Positions 7,308-15,147 of a stretch of DNA of 48,809 bases are shown one piece after another. Every line of letters starts with the position of its first letter. The stretch's first letter is position 1. Source of the DNA: a virus. Location of the stretch: the IMG/VR virus record IMGVR_UViG_3300037466_001923, one strand, 5' to 3'. A model generated the notes under the pieces. The model saw only the letters and a list, made by a program, of their open reading frames with translations. It ran no database searches and had not been told where the DNA came from. A program made the translations under genes and the position numbers.

Positions 7308-7463
7308 ATGCATCTGACCGACAACGAAGCCGCCATCCGCGCAGCTGAGCGCGAGAACCAATACAGCCGGCGCAAGCACAACAACCGAATCCTGAACGCA
7401 GTTGTGGGCGGCCTGATGGTTGTTGCGGCGATCTACTACTTGGTTCCTCACTGGGGAATGTGA
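7308..7463 (+). CDS. 51-aa C-terminal-TM protein (below the ORF-track cutoff)
   Basis: My translation: MHLTDNEAAIRAAERENQYSRRKHNNRILNAVVGGLMVVAAIYYLVPHWGM. Confidence 0.4.
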   Translation: MHLTDNEAAIRAAERENQYSRRKHNNRILNAVVGGLMVVAAIYYLVPHWGM

Positions 7464-7684
7464 TGCCCGTACCCGTTTCTGCGCGTCAACGCACCGAATT
7501 CAATCTGGTACCGATCAACGGTCCCATACAAAGCCTTCTCGTCGAGCCGCGCCGCATTGCGTGGGCCAGGTCGATACGAAAGCACGCTCCCCAAGCGCTT
7601 GCGTATCTGGCCCTCGTGTGCGGCGCGATTGGAGTCGGCTGCGGCTGGTATGTCTCCTTCGTCCTCGGCGTCACGCGCACGTGA
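7463..7684 (+). CDS. Small protein with a C-terminal TM segment
   Basis: ALAYLALVCGAIGVGCGWYVSFVLGV. ATG 7463 overlaps the upstream stop. Confidence 0.45.
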   Translation: MPVPVSARQRTEFNLVPINGPIQSLLVEPRRIAWARSIRKHAPQALAYLALVCGAIGVGCGWYVSFVLGVTRT

Positions 7685-7752
7685 CAACTGCTCACCTCCG
7701 GCGCTTGACTCTCTTCGCCAACCTTTCAGCGCATTTCCAACACACAGAACGT

Positions 7753-7956
7753 ATGCAGATCAAATCTCGAATCGAACTCGACGCTGACGACATCAAACAG
7801 GCCATTCAGAACTTTGTGCGTGAGAAGACCGGTCGGGACATCGTCAGCGTTTGCAAGGTCGAGCGCGAACGCGGCAGCGAAGGCTTCAGCGTTCCTTCTG
7901 CTTACGACCTCGGCCCTGAGCCTATCGACGAAACGACCAAGATCAAGGGGGCCTGA
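7753..7956 (+). CDS. Hypothetical protein, 67 aa
   Basis: Plausible coding part (MQIKSRIELDADDIKQAIQNFVREK...) of ORF-track entry 7420..7956. Confidence 0.5.
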   Translation: MQIKSRIELDADDIKQAIQNFVREKTGRDIVSVCKVERERGSEGFSVPSAYDLGPEPIDETTKIKGA

Positions 7957-7957
7957 A

Positions 7958-8428
7958 ATGCGTGCACTCCTCATGTGGATCACGTCGTTCTTGCCGGCCC
8001 GCGTCATCAGCGATAACGGTCACCCGTACCTGGAACGCTACTACGTCGGCACCCTCTTCGGCATCCGGTTCTATCTGCACCGCTTTGTCGGGTCCGATCC
8101 GGACCGAGGTGTGCACGATCACCCGTGGGCCTGGGCGCGCTCGATCGTGCTGGCCGGCTGGTACCTGGAGGAGCGCCGCACGGGTATTCGGTCCGTTCAT
8201 TGGTTCAACAGCCTGGAAGGCGACACCTTCCACCGGATCATCAAACCCGATGGCGTGGCCGACGTCTGGACCCTCTTCTATCACAAGGCTGGTGACGTCA
8301 AACCTTGGGGCTTCATGCGCTACCTGGGCCACGGACAGGCCTTGTGGAGCGAATACGTCTATGGCGGCAAAGGTAAAGAGACCGCCTGGTGGCTGACAGC
8401 TAAGAAAGGCCGGGATCTCCGTCTCTGA
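7958..8428 (+). CDS. Conserved hypothetical protein with an HDHPW motif
   Basis: Start at ATG 7958 inside ORF 7814..8428. YLERYYV...LHRFVGSDPDRGVHDHPWAW. Confidence 0.6.
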   Translation: MRALLMWITSFLPARVISDNGHPYLERYYVGTLFGIRFYLHRFVGSDPDRGVHDHPWAWARSIVLAGWYLEERRTGIRSVHWFNSLEGDTFHRIIKPDGVADVWTLFYHKAGDVKPWGFMRYLGHGQALWSEYVYGGKGKETAWWLTAKKGRDLRL

Positions 8429-8463
8429 ATTCACAAGCGCAATACCCATCAACAGGAGAACGC

Positions 8464-8832
8464 ATGCAACAAATCCAAATTCCGCCGCTTGCAGAAGGCG
8501 AGATCTACCTCTGCGGCGTCGTCAACGCTGCAGGCGATGTGACGCACACGATCCTGCTTCCCGCTGAAGCCGAGAAGCGCATGAGCTGGCCTGACGCCAT
8601 GGAGTGGGCCAAGGGCCTGAATGCCGATCTGCCGACGCGCGCTGAACTGGTGATGGCCTTCGAGCAGCACCGCAGCCAATTTAAAGAGGCGGCCTACTGG
8701 TCCAACACTCCGGACGCCGATCCCGAATATGCCGGCTGGGTTTGGTGTCAGTCCTTCGGCAACGGCTACCAGAGCTACGACCGGCAGCTCGTCGAGTTGC
8801 GCGCCCGTGCCGTCCGCAGATTGACGATTTAA
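8464..8832 (+). CDS. DGR target protein 1, DUF1566/C-type-lectin-fold type
   Basis: WPDAMEWAKGLNADLPTRAEL...AYWS...GWVWCQSFGNGYQSYDRQLVELRARAVRRL. The C-terminus is VR1. Confidence 0.85.
   Translation: MQQIQIPPLAEGEIYLCGVVNAAGDVTHTILLPAEAEKRMSWPDAMEWAKGLNADLPTRAELVMAFEQHRSQFKEAAYWSNTPDADPEYAGWVWCQSFGNGYQSYDRQLVELRARAVRRLTI
8731..8823 (+). repeat. DGR variable repeat VR1
   Basis: 93-bp ungapped match to the TR. Of 17 differences, 15 are at TR adenines and 2 are non-A at the 5' edge. Confidence 0.8.
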
Positions 8833-8862
8833 CCCTTCATTCATTTTCAGGAGAGGTCAGCA

Positions 8863-9318
8863 ATGACGCCCACGCTTGAAGCAGTTGAAGCAAAGCATGC
8901 CGAGATCACCGCCATGATCGAGGCTATCCGCAAGGCAGCGGCACGCGAATACAAGGTCGCCGGCGGCACGATCCAACTGAACCACGGAGAACAGTACGCC
9001 GGCCTCATTCTCGGCAAAGACGGCGAGCCGGATCATCACCTGATCCTCCTCCCCGGCGATGAAGCTGAACTGAACTGGGACGATGCCAAGAAGTGGGCCA
9101 AGGAACAGGGCGGCGAGTTGCCGACGCGCCGCGAGCAATCGCTCTTGTACGCCAATCTCAAAGATGAGTTCCAGGGCGCCTGGTACTGGTCCGGAGAGGC
9201 TCACCAGCGCGAGTCCGGCTGGGCTTGGTGTCAGTACTTCGGCTACGGCACCCAGAGCCACCTCCGACAGGACACCGAGTTGCGCGCCCGTGCCGTCCGC
9301 AGATTGATCCTTTTGTAA
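8863..9318 (+). CDS. DGR target protein 2, DUF1566/C-type-lectin-fold type (paralogue of 8464..8832)
   Basis: WDDAKKWAKEQGGELPTRREQ...WYWS...GWAWCQYFGYGTQSHLRQDTELRARAVRRL. The C-terminus is VR2. Confidence 0.85.
   Translation: MTPTLEAVEAKHAEITAMIEAIRKAAAREYKVAGGTIQLNHGEQYAGLILGKDGEPDHHLILLPGDEAELNWDDAKKWAKEQGGELPTRREQSLLYANLKDEFQGAWYWSGEAHQRESGWAWCQYFGYGTQSHLRQDTELRARAVRRLILL
9214..9306 (+). repeat. DGR variable repeat VR2
   Basis: 93-bp ungapped match to the TR. All 13 differences are at TR adenines. Confidence 0.9.
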
Positions 9319-9331
9319 TTTAACAATTACA
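9314..9331 (+). other. Hairpin TGTAATT-TAAC-AATTACA just downstream of VR2
   Basis: Perfect 7-bp inverted repeat with a 4-nt loop, 7 nt after the VR2 end. Confidence 0.55.
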
Positions 9332-9337
9332 TCCACC

Positions 9338-9712
9338 GTGGCACTGCACACAAACCTTCCGATCTACAAGGCGGCCTATGGGTTGCTGGACGTGGTGACG
9401 GACCTGGTCAAGAACATGGCTCGCGACTTCAAGCGGAGCATCGGCGAGAAGATCAGCGCGGAATGCATCGAGATCATGGTGCTGGTCTTCCGCGCCAATG
9501 TCGCAGCCGACAAGGCGCCGCACCTGGGCGAACTTATCGAACGCCTTCAGGTGATCGAGCTGCTTTTGCGCCTTGGCATGGACAAGCGCCTGATCTCGCG
9601 GCCAGCTTATGCCAAAGCCGTCGAGATTACGACCAGCATCGGAAAGCAGGCCAATGGCTGGAAGAAGTCCGCAAATCGCCCGCTTCATGGAGGTCAAGGC
9701 CGTCATGACTGA
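9338..9712 (+). CDS. avd: Accessory variability determinant (Avd-like four-helix-bundle protein)
   Basis: 124-aa helical protein between target and TR. NLPIYKAAYGLLDVVTDLVKNMARDFK... GTG start. Confidence 0.7.
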   Translation: MALHTNLPIYKAAYGLLDVVTDLVKNMARDFKRSIGEKISAECIEIMVLVFRANVAADKAPHLGELIERLQVIELLLRLGMDKRLISRPAYAKAVEITTSIGKQANGWKKSANRPLHGGQGRHD

Positions 9713-9853
9713 GCGATCTTTCAATCTGGTCGTGCCGCTGGCCCACAAGGCCACCGCCATGCGCGTAACGGAAACCGACCGCCGGTGTGCGGCGCGGTCC
9801 AGCGCAGTTTCCCTCCTGAGCAATCGGCCGGGCGACGTAGATAGCACGACATA

Positions 9854-9946
9854 TCCGGCTGGGCTTGGTATCAGAACTTCAACAACGGCAACCAGAACAA
9901 CAACCAACAGAACAACGAGTTGCGCGCCCGTGCCGTCCGCAGATTG
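9854..9946 (+). repeat. DGR template repeat (TR)
   Basis: AAC-rich; in the VR frame it reads WAWYQNFNNGNQNNNQQNNELRARAVRRL. An in-frame TAG lies immediately upstream, so it is non-coding in that frame. Confidence 0.9.
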
Positions 9947-11066
9947 GAAATCGAATGCCGCGTTCTCGTTCGCCGAGCTGGTCGAAGCCTATTTCGACTG
10001 CCGGCGGACGAAGCGCAACAGCGCGAGCGCCCTAGCGTTCGAAATCGATATGGAGAACAACCTGCGTCGCCTGTTCGACGAGCTGCTCAACGGAAGCTAT
10101 ATGCCCGGGCGCTCGAAGTGCTTTGTCATCGACCGTCCGAAGCATCGCGAAGTATGGGCAGCAGAGTTTCGCGATCGCATCGTGCACCACCTGCTTTACA
10201 ACCGCATCGGCCCGCGCTTCGAGCGATCGTTCATTGCTGACTCGTGTGCATGTATCAAGGGACGCGGCACGCTTTACGCCGCTCAGCGCCTGGAAGACAA
10301 GGTGCGGTCAATCACACAGAACTGGGCACGCCCGGCGCACTACCTCAAGTGCGATCTGGCCAACTTCTTCGTCAGCATCGACAAGCGTGTCCTGCTTGAT
10401 CTTCTGCACGCAAGGATTCCAGAACCGTTCTGGCGTGATCTGACCGAAATCGTGCTGATGCACGATCCCCGGGACGACTTCGTCTACCTGGGAGATCCGG
10501 CGATGATCAATCGCGTCCCGCCCCACAAACGCCTGATTAAGCAACCGGCACACCTGGGCCTACCAATCGGCAACCTGTCTTCACAGTTCTTTGCCAACGT
10601 CTATCTCAACGAGTTGGATCAGTTCGTGAAGCACGAGCTGCGCTGCCGTCATTACATCCGCTACGTGGATGACTTTGTGTTGCTGCACGAATCACCGCAA
10701 TGGCTTAACGACGCCCACGCTGCCATCGCAGCCTTTTTGCCGGCACGCCTTCACGCGCGCCTCAACCCCAACAAGACCATCCTGCAGCCGGTTGCCCGTG
10801 GCATCGACTTCGTCGGCCAGGTGATTCGGCCGTGGGTTCGGCACACCCGCAAGCGGACGCTGCATAGCGGCATCCAGCGCGTTCGCGAGATACCGGCTGC
10901 AGACGTCTACCAGGTCACGAACAGCTACTTTGGCCTGCTGCGTCAGGCCACCGGAAGCCATGCCGAGCGGGCAAAGCTCGCCAACGTCGCCCTTCAACGT
11001 GGGCATGCGGTAAATCGCCAGCTCACAAAGATCTATCGCAGCTCCCTACACGGAGAGGAATCCTGA
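9930..11066 (+). CDS. DGR reverse transcriptase
   Basis: PIGNLSSQFFANVYLNELD (the DGR-type SQ motif) and YIRYVDDFVLL. Start uncertain: GTG 9930 lies inside the TR, or ATG 9705 overlaps the avd stop. The ORF track gives 9609..11066. Confidence 0.9.
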   Translation: MPSADWKSNAAFSFAELVEAYFDCRRTKRNSASALAFEIDMENNLRRLFDELLNGSYMPGRSKCFVIDRPKHREVWAAEFRDRIVHHLLYNRIGPRFERSFIADSCACIKGRGTLYAAQRLEDKVRSITQNWARPAHYLKCDLANFFVSIDKRVLLDLLHARIPEPFWRDLTEIVLMHDPRDDFVYLGDPAMINRVPPHKRLIKQPAHLGLPIGNLSSQFFANVYLNELDQFVKHELRCRHYIRYVDDFVLLHESPQWLNDAHAAIAAFLPARLHARLNPNKTILQPVARGIDFVGQVIRPWVRHTRKRTLHSGIQRVREIPAADVYQVTNSYFGLLRQATGSHAERAKLANVALQRGHAVNRQLTKIYRSSLHGEES

Positions 11067-11725
11067 TGTTGACTCACCAACTTCAAGGCGCCTTTGAGGA
11101 TGCCTACGAAAAAGCAGCCGCATCCAGCAAACCCGATGATTGGATGAATGCCGCCCTCATGGGCAAGCAGTTCTCCAATGCATATCGCGAGGCGTCACGG
11201 TATCCGGCAGCGTATCAATACCTTTTCACGTCGCCGATCGGTGGCGGCGACGTTTGGCGTCCAGATTCATCCTATTGGAACGGTCAACGCCCGAAGGCCT
11301 CTCGCGCCCTTTTCTCGGTTCCCGTTTCCCGGCCAAATCAGGATCCCGCAAATCTTGAGGGGTTGGCGAAAGCGCTGTTGGCTCCTCGTGAAATCGTCCG
11401 TGATGCAGATGGCTGGCTAGATCACCCAGCATTGCCGGTATGCGATGAAAGCGTGCGCTTTGACGAACTGCTTAGCGCCTTTGGGATGGAAACCTATTTC
11501 CGCGCCATGGATGGCGACGTGAGCCCGGAAGAGTATGACCGCTACTATGACGAACAAGGCGGTTGTGCTGGCTGGACGCCTGCGCCTCCCGACGGCGATG
11601 GCTGGCGCTTGCTGGCTGTTTATGACACAGAAGACGGGCCAAATGCGATGTTTGCACGTGCGAAGCAGCCCGAGCCCCGCAAGCGCTATGCGCAAGATGC
11701 TCAGAAGCAAGGGGGCGCGCGATGA
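11066..11725 (+). CDS. Hypothetical protein, coupled to both the RT (TGATG) and the methyltransferase (ATGA)
   Basis: 219-aa ORF; no family recognised. Confidence 0.6.
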   Translation: MLTHQLQGAFEDAYEKAAASSKPDDWMNAALMGKQFSNAYREASRYPAAYQYLFTSPIGGGDVWRPDSSYWNGQRPKASRALFSVPVSRPNQDPANLEGLAKALLAPREIVRDADGWLDHPALPVCDESVRFDELLSAFGMETYFRAMDGDVSPEEYDRYYDEQGGCAGWTPAPPDGDGWRLLAVYDTEDGPNAMFARAKQPEPRKRYAQDAQKQGGAR

Positions 11726-13512
11726 TCCGCGACCAGTTCCTGCTCGACATCCAAGAAGAGCTGATCGTCGACAACTTCGCTGGCGGCGGTGGCGCGAGCT
11801 GCGGCATTGAGCTGGCGCTCGGGCGTCACGTAGACCATGCGATCAACCATGACCCCGAGGCCGTGGCTATGCACGCCATGAACCATCCGCAGACTGAACA
11901 TCACTGCGAATCGGTGTGGGACGTTAAGCCTCTGGAGTTGACCGGCGGGCGCCCGGTCGGACTCGCGTGGTTTTCGCCCGACTGCAAGCACTTCAGCAAA
12001 GCCAAGGGCGGTAAGCCGCGCGACAAGAAAATCCGAGGTCTTGCCTGGGTGGCAATGCGCTGGGCAGCTGTGGTGCGTCCGCGCGTCATCATCCTGGAGA
12101 ACGTCGAAGAGTTTCAGACCTGGGGGCCGGTGCTCACTGATGGCACGCCGTGCCCGAAGCGCAAGGGCGACACCTTCCGCTCTTTCGTGCGCCAACTGCG
12201 GGAAAAGGGCTATGCGGTCGAATGGCGAGAGTTGCGCGCGTGTGATTACGGCGCGCCGACCATCCGCAAGCGCCTGTTCCTGATCGCTCGGTGTGACGGA
12301 AAGGCGATAGCCTGGCCGGAGCCTACGCACGGCGCACCTAATAGCGCTGGCGTGCTGGCAAAGCGCCTGAAGCCGTGGCGCACGGCGGCCGAGTGCATCG
12401 ACTGGTCGATTCTTCCGCAGTCCATCTTCGAGCGCGACCGCCCATTGGCGGACGCCACGCTGCGTCGAATCGCGCGTGGCATCCGGCGCTATGTCATCGA
12501 TTCAGCCGATCCGTTCATTGTGAAGGTGAACCACGTCGGCGATGGCTTCCGTGGCCAGCGCACGACCGAGCCAGTGCAAACCTTGACGGCGAAGCATGGT
12601 TTTGGCCTTGTTGCTCCGGTGCTGACCGAGTGCGCCAACGCTTCCACCCAGCGAAACTTCCAGGCCGGAGAGCCGCTGCGCACCCAATGCGCCGAGGTCA
12701 AAGGCGGGCATTTCGCTCTGGCTGCCGCAACGCTTGTGCAAACCGGTTACGGCGAGCGGCCAGGACAAGCACCGCGTGCGCCCGGCTTGGACAAACCGCT
12801 GGGCACGGCCATGGCTGGCGGCGTAAAACATGCACTAGTGTCGGCTTTCCTTGCAAAGCACTACGGGGGAAATTATGACGGGCCTGGCGTTGGCTTGCCT
12901 GAGCCGGCCAGCACGATTACGACCACCGATCACCACGCACTGGTTTCCGCGCAACTGGTAGGGTGTGGTGGCCGCGCTGGCCAGAGCCGCCCGCGAGACG
13001 CTAGCGAGCCTGCACAGACGCTCACCGCAAAAGCGGACACGTGCGTCGTCACCTCCAATCTGGTCAAGTTGCGCGGCGAATGCACCGGCAGCAAGACCGA
13101 CGAGCCCGTGCCGACGATTTCGGCGCAAGGTAACCACATCGGCGAGGTCCGGGCCTTCCTGGTCAAGTACTACAGCGAGGGCGGCCAGGATCAGGATTGC
13201 CGCGATCCGATGCACACCATCCCGACGAAAGATCGACTCGGCTTGGTGACGGTCGCGGGCCAGGAATACCAGATCGCCGACATTGGCATGCGCATGCTGG
13301 AGCCGCACGAGCTGTACGCCGCCCAGGGGTTTCCTAGCAGCTACGTCATCGCTCCAGTCATAAACGGCCGCCGGCTCCCCAAGCATGCTCAGGTGCGCAT
13401 GTGCGGCAACAGTGTCAGTCCGCCGCTGGCCGCAGCCCTGGTGCGCGCGAATGTGCCGGAGATGGCCAGTTGGTCCGCGCGCGAGGCTAAATCAATAGGG
13501 GTGGCAGCATGA
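11722..13512 (+). CDS. DNA (cytosine-5)-methyltransferase
   Basis: Motif I DNFAGGGG, IV SPDCKHFS, VI ENVEEF, VIII RKRLFLIA, X GNSVSPPLAAALV. Confidence 0.9.
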   Translation: MIRDQFLLDIQEELIVDNFAGGGGASCGIELALGRHVDHAINHDPEAVAMHAMNHPQTEHHCESVWDVKPLELTGGRPVGLAWFSPDCKHFSKAKGGKPRDKKIRGLAWVAMRWAAVVRPRVIILENVEEFQTWGPVLTDGTPCPKRKGDTFRSFVRQLREKGYAVEWRELRACDYGAPTIRKRLFLIARCDGKAIAWPEPTHGAPNSAGVLAKRLKPWRTAAECIDWSILPQSIFERDRPLADATLRRIARGIRRYVIDSADPFIVKVNHVGDGFRGQRTTEPVQTLTAKHGFGLVAPVLTECANASTQRNFQAGEPLRTQCAEVKGGHFALAAATLVQTGYGERPGQAPRAPGLDKPLGTAMAGGVKHALVSAFLAKHYGGNYDGPGVGLPEPASTITTTDHHALVSAQLVGCGGRAGQSRPRDASEPAQTLTAKADTCVVTSNLVKLRGECTGSKTDEPVPTISAQGNHIGEVRAFLVKYYSEGGQDQDCRDPMHTIPTKDRLGLVTVAGQEYQIADIGMRMLEPHELYAAQGFPSSYVIAPVINGRRLPKHAQVRMCGNSVSPPLAAALVRANVPEMASWSAREAKSIGVAA

Positions 13513-13796
13513 CGCGCACTCTCACCATCCCCGTCAAGGGCATCTACTTTGACCAGATCAAAGCCCGAACGAAGGCCGAGGAATATCGCCTTGTGACCGA
13601 CTACTGGCGCGCTCGTCTCTTCGGCAAGGAATATGACGAGATCGTGCTGACGCGCGGCTATCCGCACAAGGAAGCGGCAGACCGCCGGCTTCGCCTCCCC
13701 TACCAAGGCTGGCAGATCAAGGTCATCACACATCCTCATTTTGGTTCGAAGCCAGTCGAGGTCTTCGCAATCGACGTTTCCGGGACTCCGCTATGA
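13509..13796 (+). CDS. ASCH/PUA-like domain protein
   Basis: IPVKGIYFDQIKARTKAEEYR...IVLTRGY resembles ASCH. ATGA coupling to the methyltransferase. Confidence 0.5.
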   Translation: MTRTLTIPVKGIYFDQIKARTKAEEYRLVTDYWRARLFGKEYDEIVLTRGYPHKEAADRRLRLPYQGWQIKVITHPHFGSKPVEVFAIDVSGTPL

Positions 13797-14596
13797 CCAA
13801 GCAAACCTACGGCACCTTGTGCACGCTGGCCGAGCAGCACGGCGTTGTCATGACCGAACAGGTGCGGGCGCTGTTGCGTGCTGTTGAGGAAGCGGATCAG
13901 CGGAGCCAGTCGGATGCGAGCAGCTACAAGCGCATGCTTGAAGATGCGGTTCTCAGTCTGGCGGCGATTGATGCAGCGCTCGGAATTGATCCCGATGAGG
14001 CAGGTGGAGCGGAGCCGATTCTTGAGGCCATCACCACTCTGAAGAAGCAAGCCGCTGTTGCCGCGGCCGCCCTTCCCTATGAACTGAAAGGCATACCCGA
14101 AGCCATCCGCGAAGGCAGCGGTTTCTGGCGCACCTGCACCGGCTGCTATGAAAGCGAGGACGGTCATCCGGTTGGTCACTACCCGCACAGCAAGATTCTT
14201 GGTTGCGCGCTCGGCGGCGGTTGTAGCGAGTGCGGCGGCATTGGCGCGGTGTGGGATACCACTGACTACGCAGCAATGGCGGATGAAGGGTGGGCGCAAA
14301 TGCAGCGCGAGCAAGCGGAGAAGGGGCGAGCGGAGAGGGTAGCAGCCGGCTGGCTGCCCATCACGGCTCCTGGCCAGGTGGCCGTAGGTGACAAGTTGAA
14401 GTTCACCATTGGTGAAACGGAATACCGCGAGACGGTGAAGCAGATCCTTGATCCCGGCACCGACAAGGAAGAACTGATCTACAACAAGCGCCGCAACTAC
14501 TACCTCATCACGTCGATGGCCATTGCCAACAAGGGCAGCCAGAAGAACGTCAGGGTCTTGGCCATCGCCAAGCCGGCGCGGCAGGAGGAAAAGTAA
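13793..14596 (+). CDS. Hypothetical protein with a Cys cluster
   Basis: CTGCYESEDGHPVGHYPHSKILGCALGGGCSECGG; 267 aa. Confidence 0.6.
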   Translation: MTKQTYGTLCTLAEQHGVVMTEQVRALLRAVEEADQRSQSDASSYKRMLEDAVLSLAAIDAALGIDPDEAGGAEPILEAITTLKKQAAVAAAALPYELKGIPEAIREGSGFWRTCTGCYESEDGHPVGHYPHSKILGCALGGGCSECGGIGAVWDTTDYAAMADEGWAQMQREQAEKGRAERVAAGWLPITAPGQVAVGDKLKFTIGETEYRETVKQILDPGTDKEELIYNKRRNYYLITSMAIANKGSQKNVRVLAIAKPARQEEK

Positions 14597-15147
14597 TGCA
14601 AATCCATATCACGCGCGTGCCGAGTCGGCCCAAACCCACTGTTGGCGACCGAAAGATGATCGGAGGCGTTGAGCACGTGCGCGTCTTGGAGCGGGTAAAG
14701 AGCGGCCCGCATAAAGGTGCGTATGTCGTCAGGGGAATCCGCTCTTGTTTCGAATGGGTTCCGGTGAACGAAGCTCCCGAGCATCTGCAGAAAATGGCTG
14801 GACGCTGGATCGGTAAACAACGTCCCGCGCAGCAGCCGCCAGAACTTGCCTCCGATGATCTGCGAAAGCTGCAGCACATGCTGGGGGCCACACCCGGGCA
14901 CTACCCAAAAACGAAATGGGGGTGGCGCAACTACTACGCGACAACTGGCGGCCCCGCGATGGAGGCAATGAAGCGCATGGAGGCACAAGGGCTCGTAAAG
15001 CTTGGGCATACCAGCAATGACGGCATGGCGTACTACCACGCCACTGAGGTAGGTTGCCGCGCCGCCGGCTTGGCAGGAAAGCAGATCAAACGTGCCCTGG
15101 GAGATAACGGCTCTCCGGAATATCATGTGGAAGGCTGTGAACCATGA
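14596..15147 (+). CDS. Hypothetical protein with a 3' end altered by IS insertion (native stop would follow codon AAC at 15106-15108)
   Basis: The last 12 residues, GSPEYHVEGCEP, are encoded by the IS inverted repeat. Removing 15109-17386 restores ...ALGDN-TGA overlapping the next ATG. Confidence 0.6.
   Translation: MQIHITRVPSRPKPTVGDRKMIGGVEHVRVLERVKSGPHKGAYVVRGIRSCFEWVPVNEAPEHLQKMAGRWIGKQRPAQQPPELASDDLRKLQHMLGATPGHYPKTKWGWRNYYATTGGPAMEAMKRMEAQGLVKLGHTSNDGMAYYHATEVGCRAAGLAGKQIKRALGDNGSPEYHVEGCEP
15101..15108. repeat. 8-bp target-site duplication GAGATAAC (left)
   Basis: Identical octamer at 17379-17386, abutting the other IR. Confidence 0.85.
15109..15132. repeat. IS terminal inverted repeat (transposase-distal end)
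   Basis: Starts GGCTCT. The transposase stop codon lies inside it. Confidence 0.8.

Noticed and set aside
7420-8428. Long ORFs 7420..7956 and 7814..8428 with their upstream starts
   Set aside because: The upstream parts overlap better-supported neighbouring genes in other frames and look non-protein-like. I trimmed them to ATG 7753 and ATG 7958.
8449-9907. Minus-strand ORFs 8449..8844, 8857..9351 and 9320..9907
   Set aside because: They are antisense to the DGR target genes, avd and the TR. The shared peptide QSADGTGAQL in two of them is just the reverse-strand reading of the invariant VR 3' end.
9609-9929. N-terminal 107 codons of the ORF-track entry 9609..11066, read as part of the reverse transcriptase
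   Set aside because: This stretch overlaps the avd 3' end and translates the TR into low-complexity T/N/R sequence. RT-family conservation begins only after about 9950. It stays as an open alternative (ATG 9705) but is not annotated as coding.
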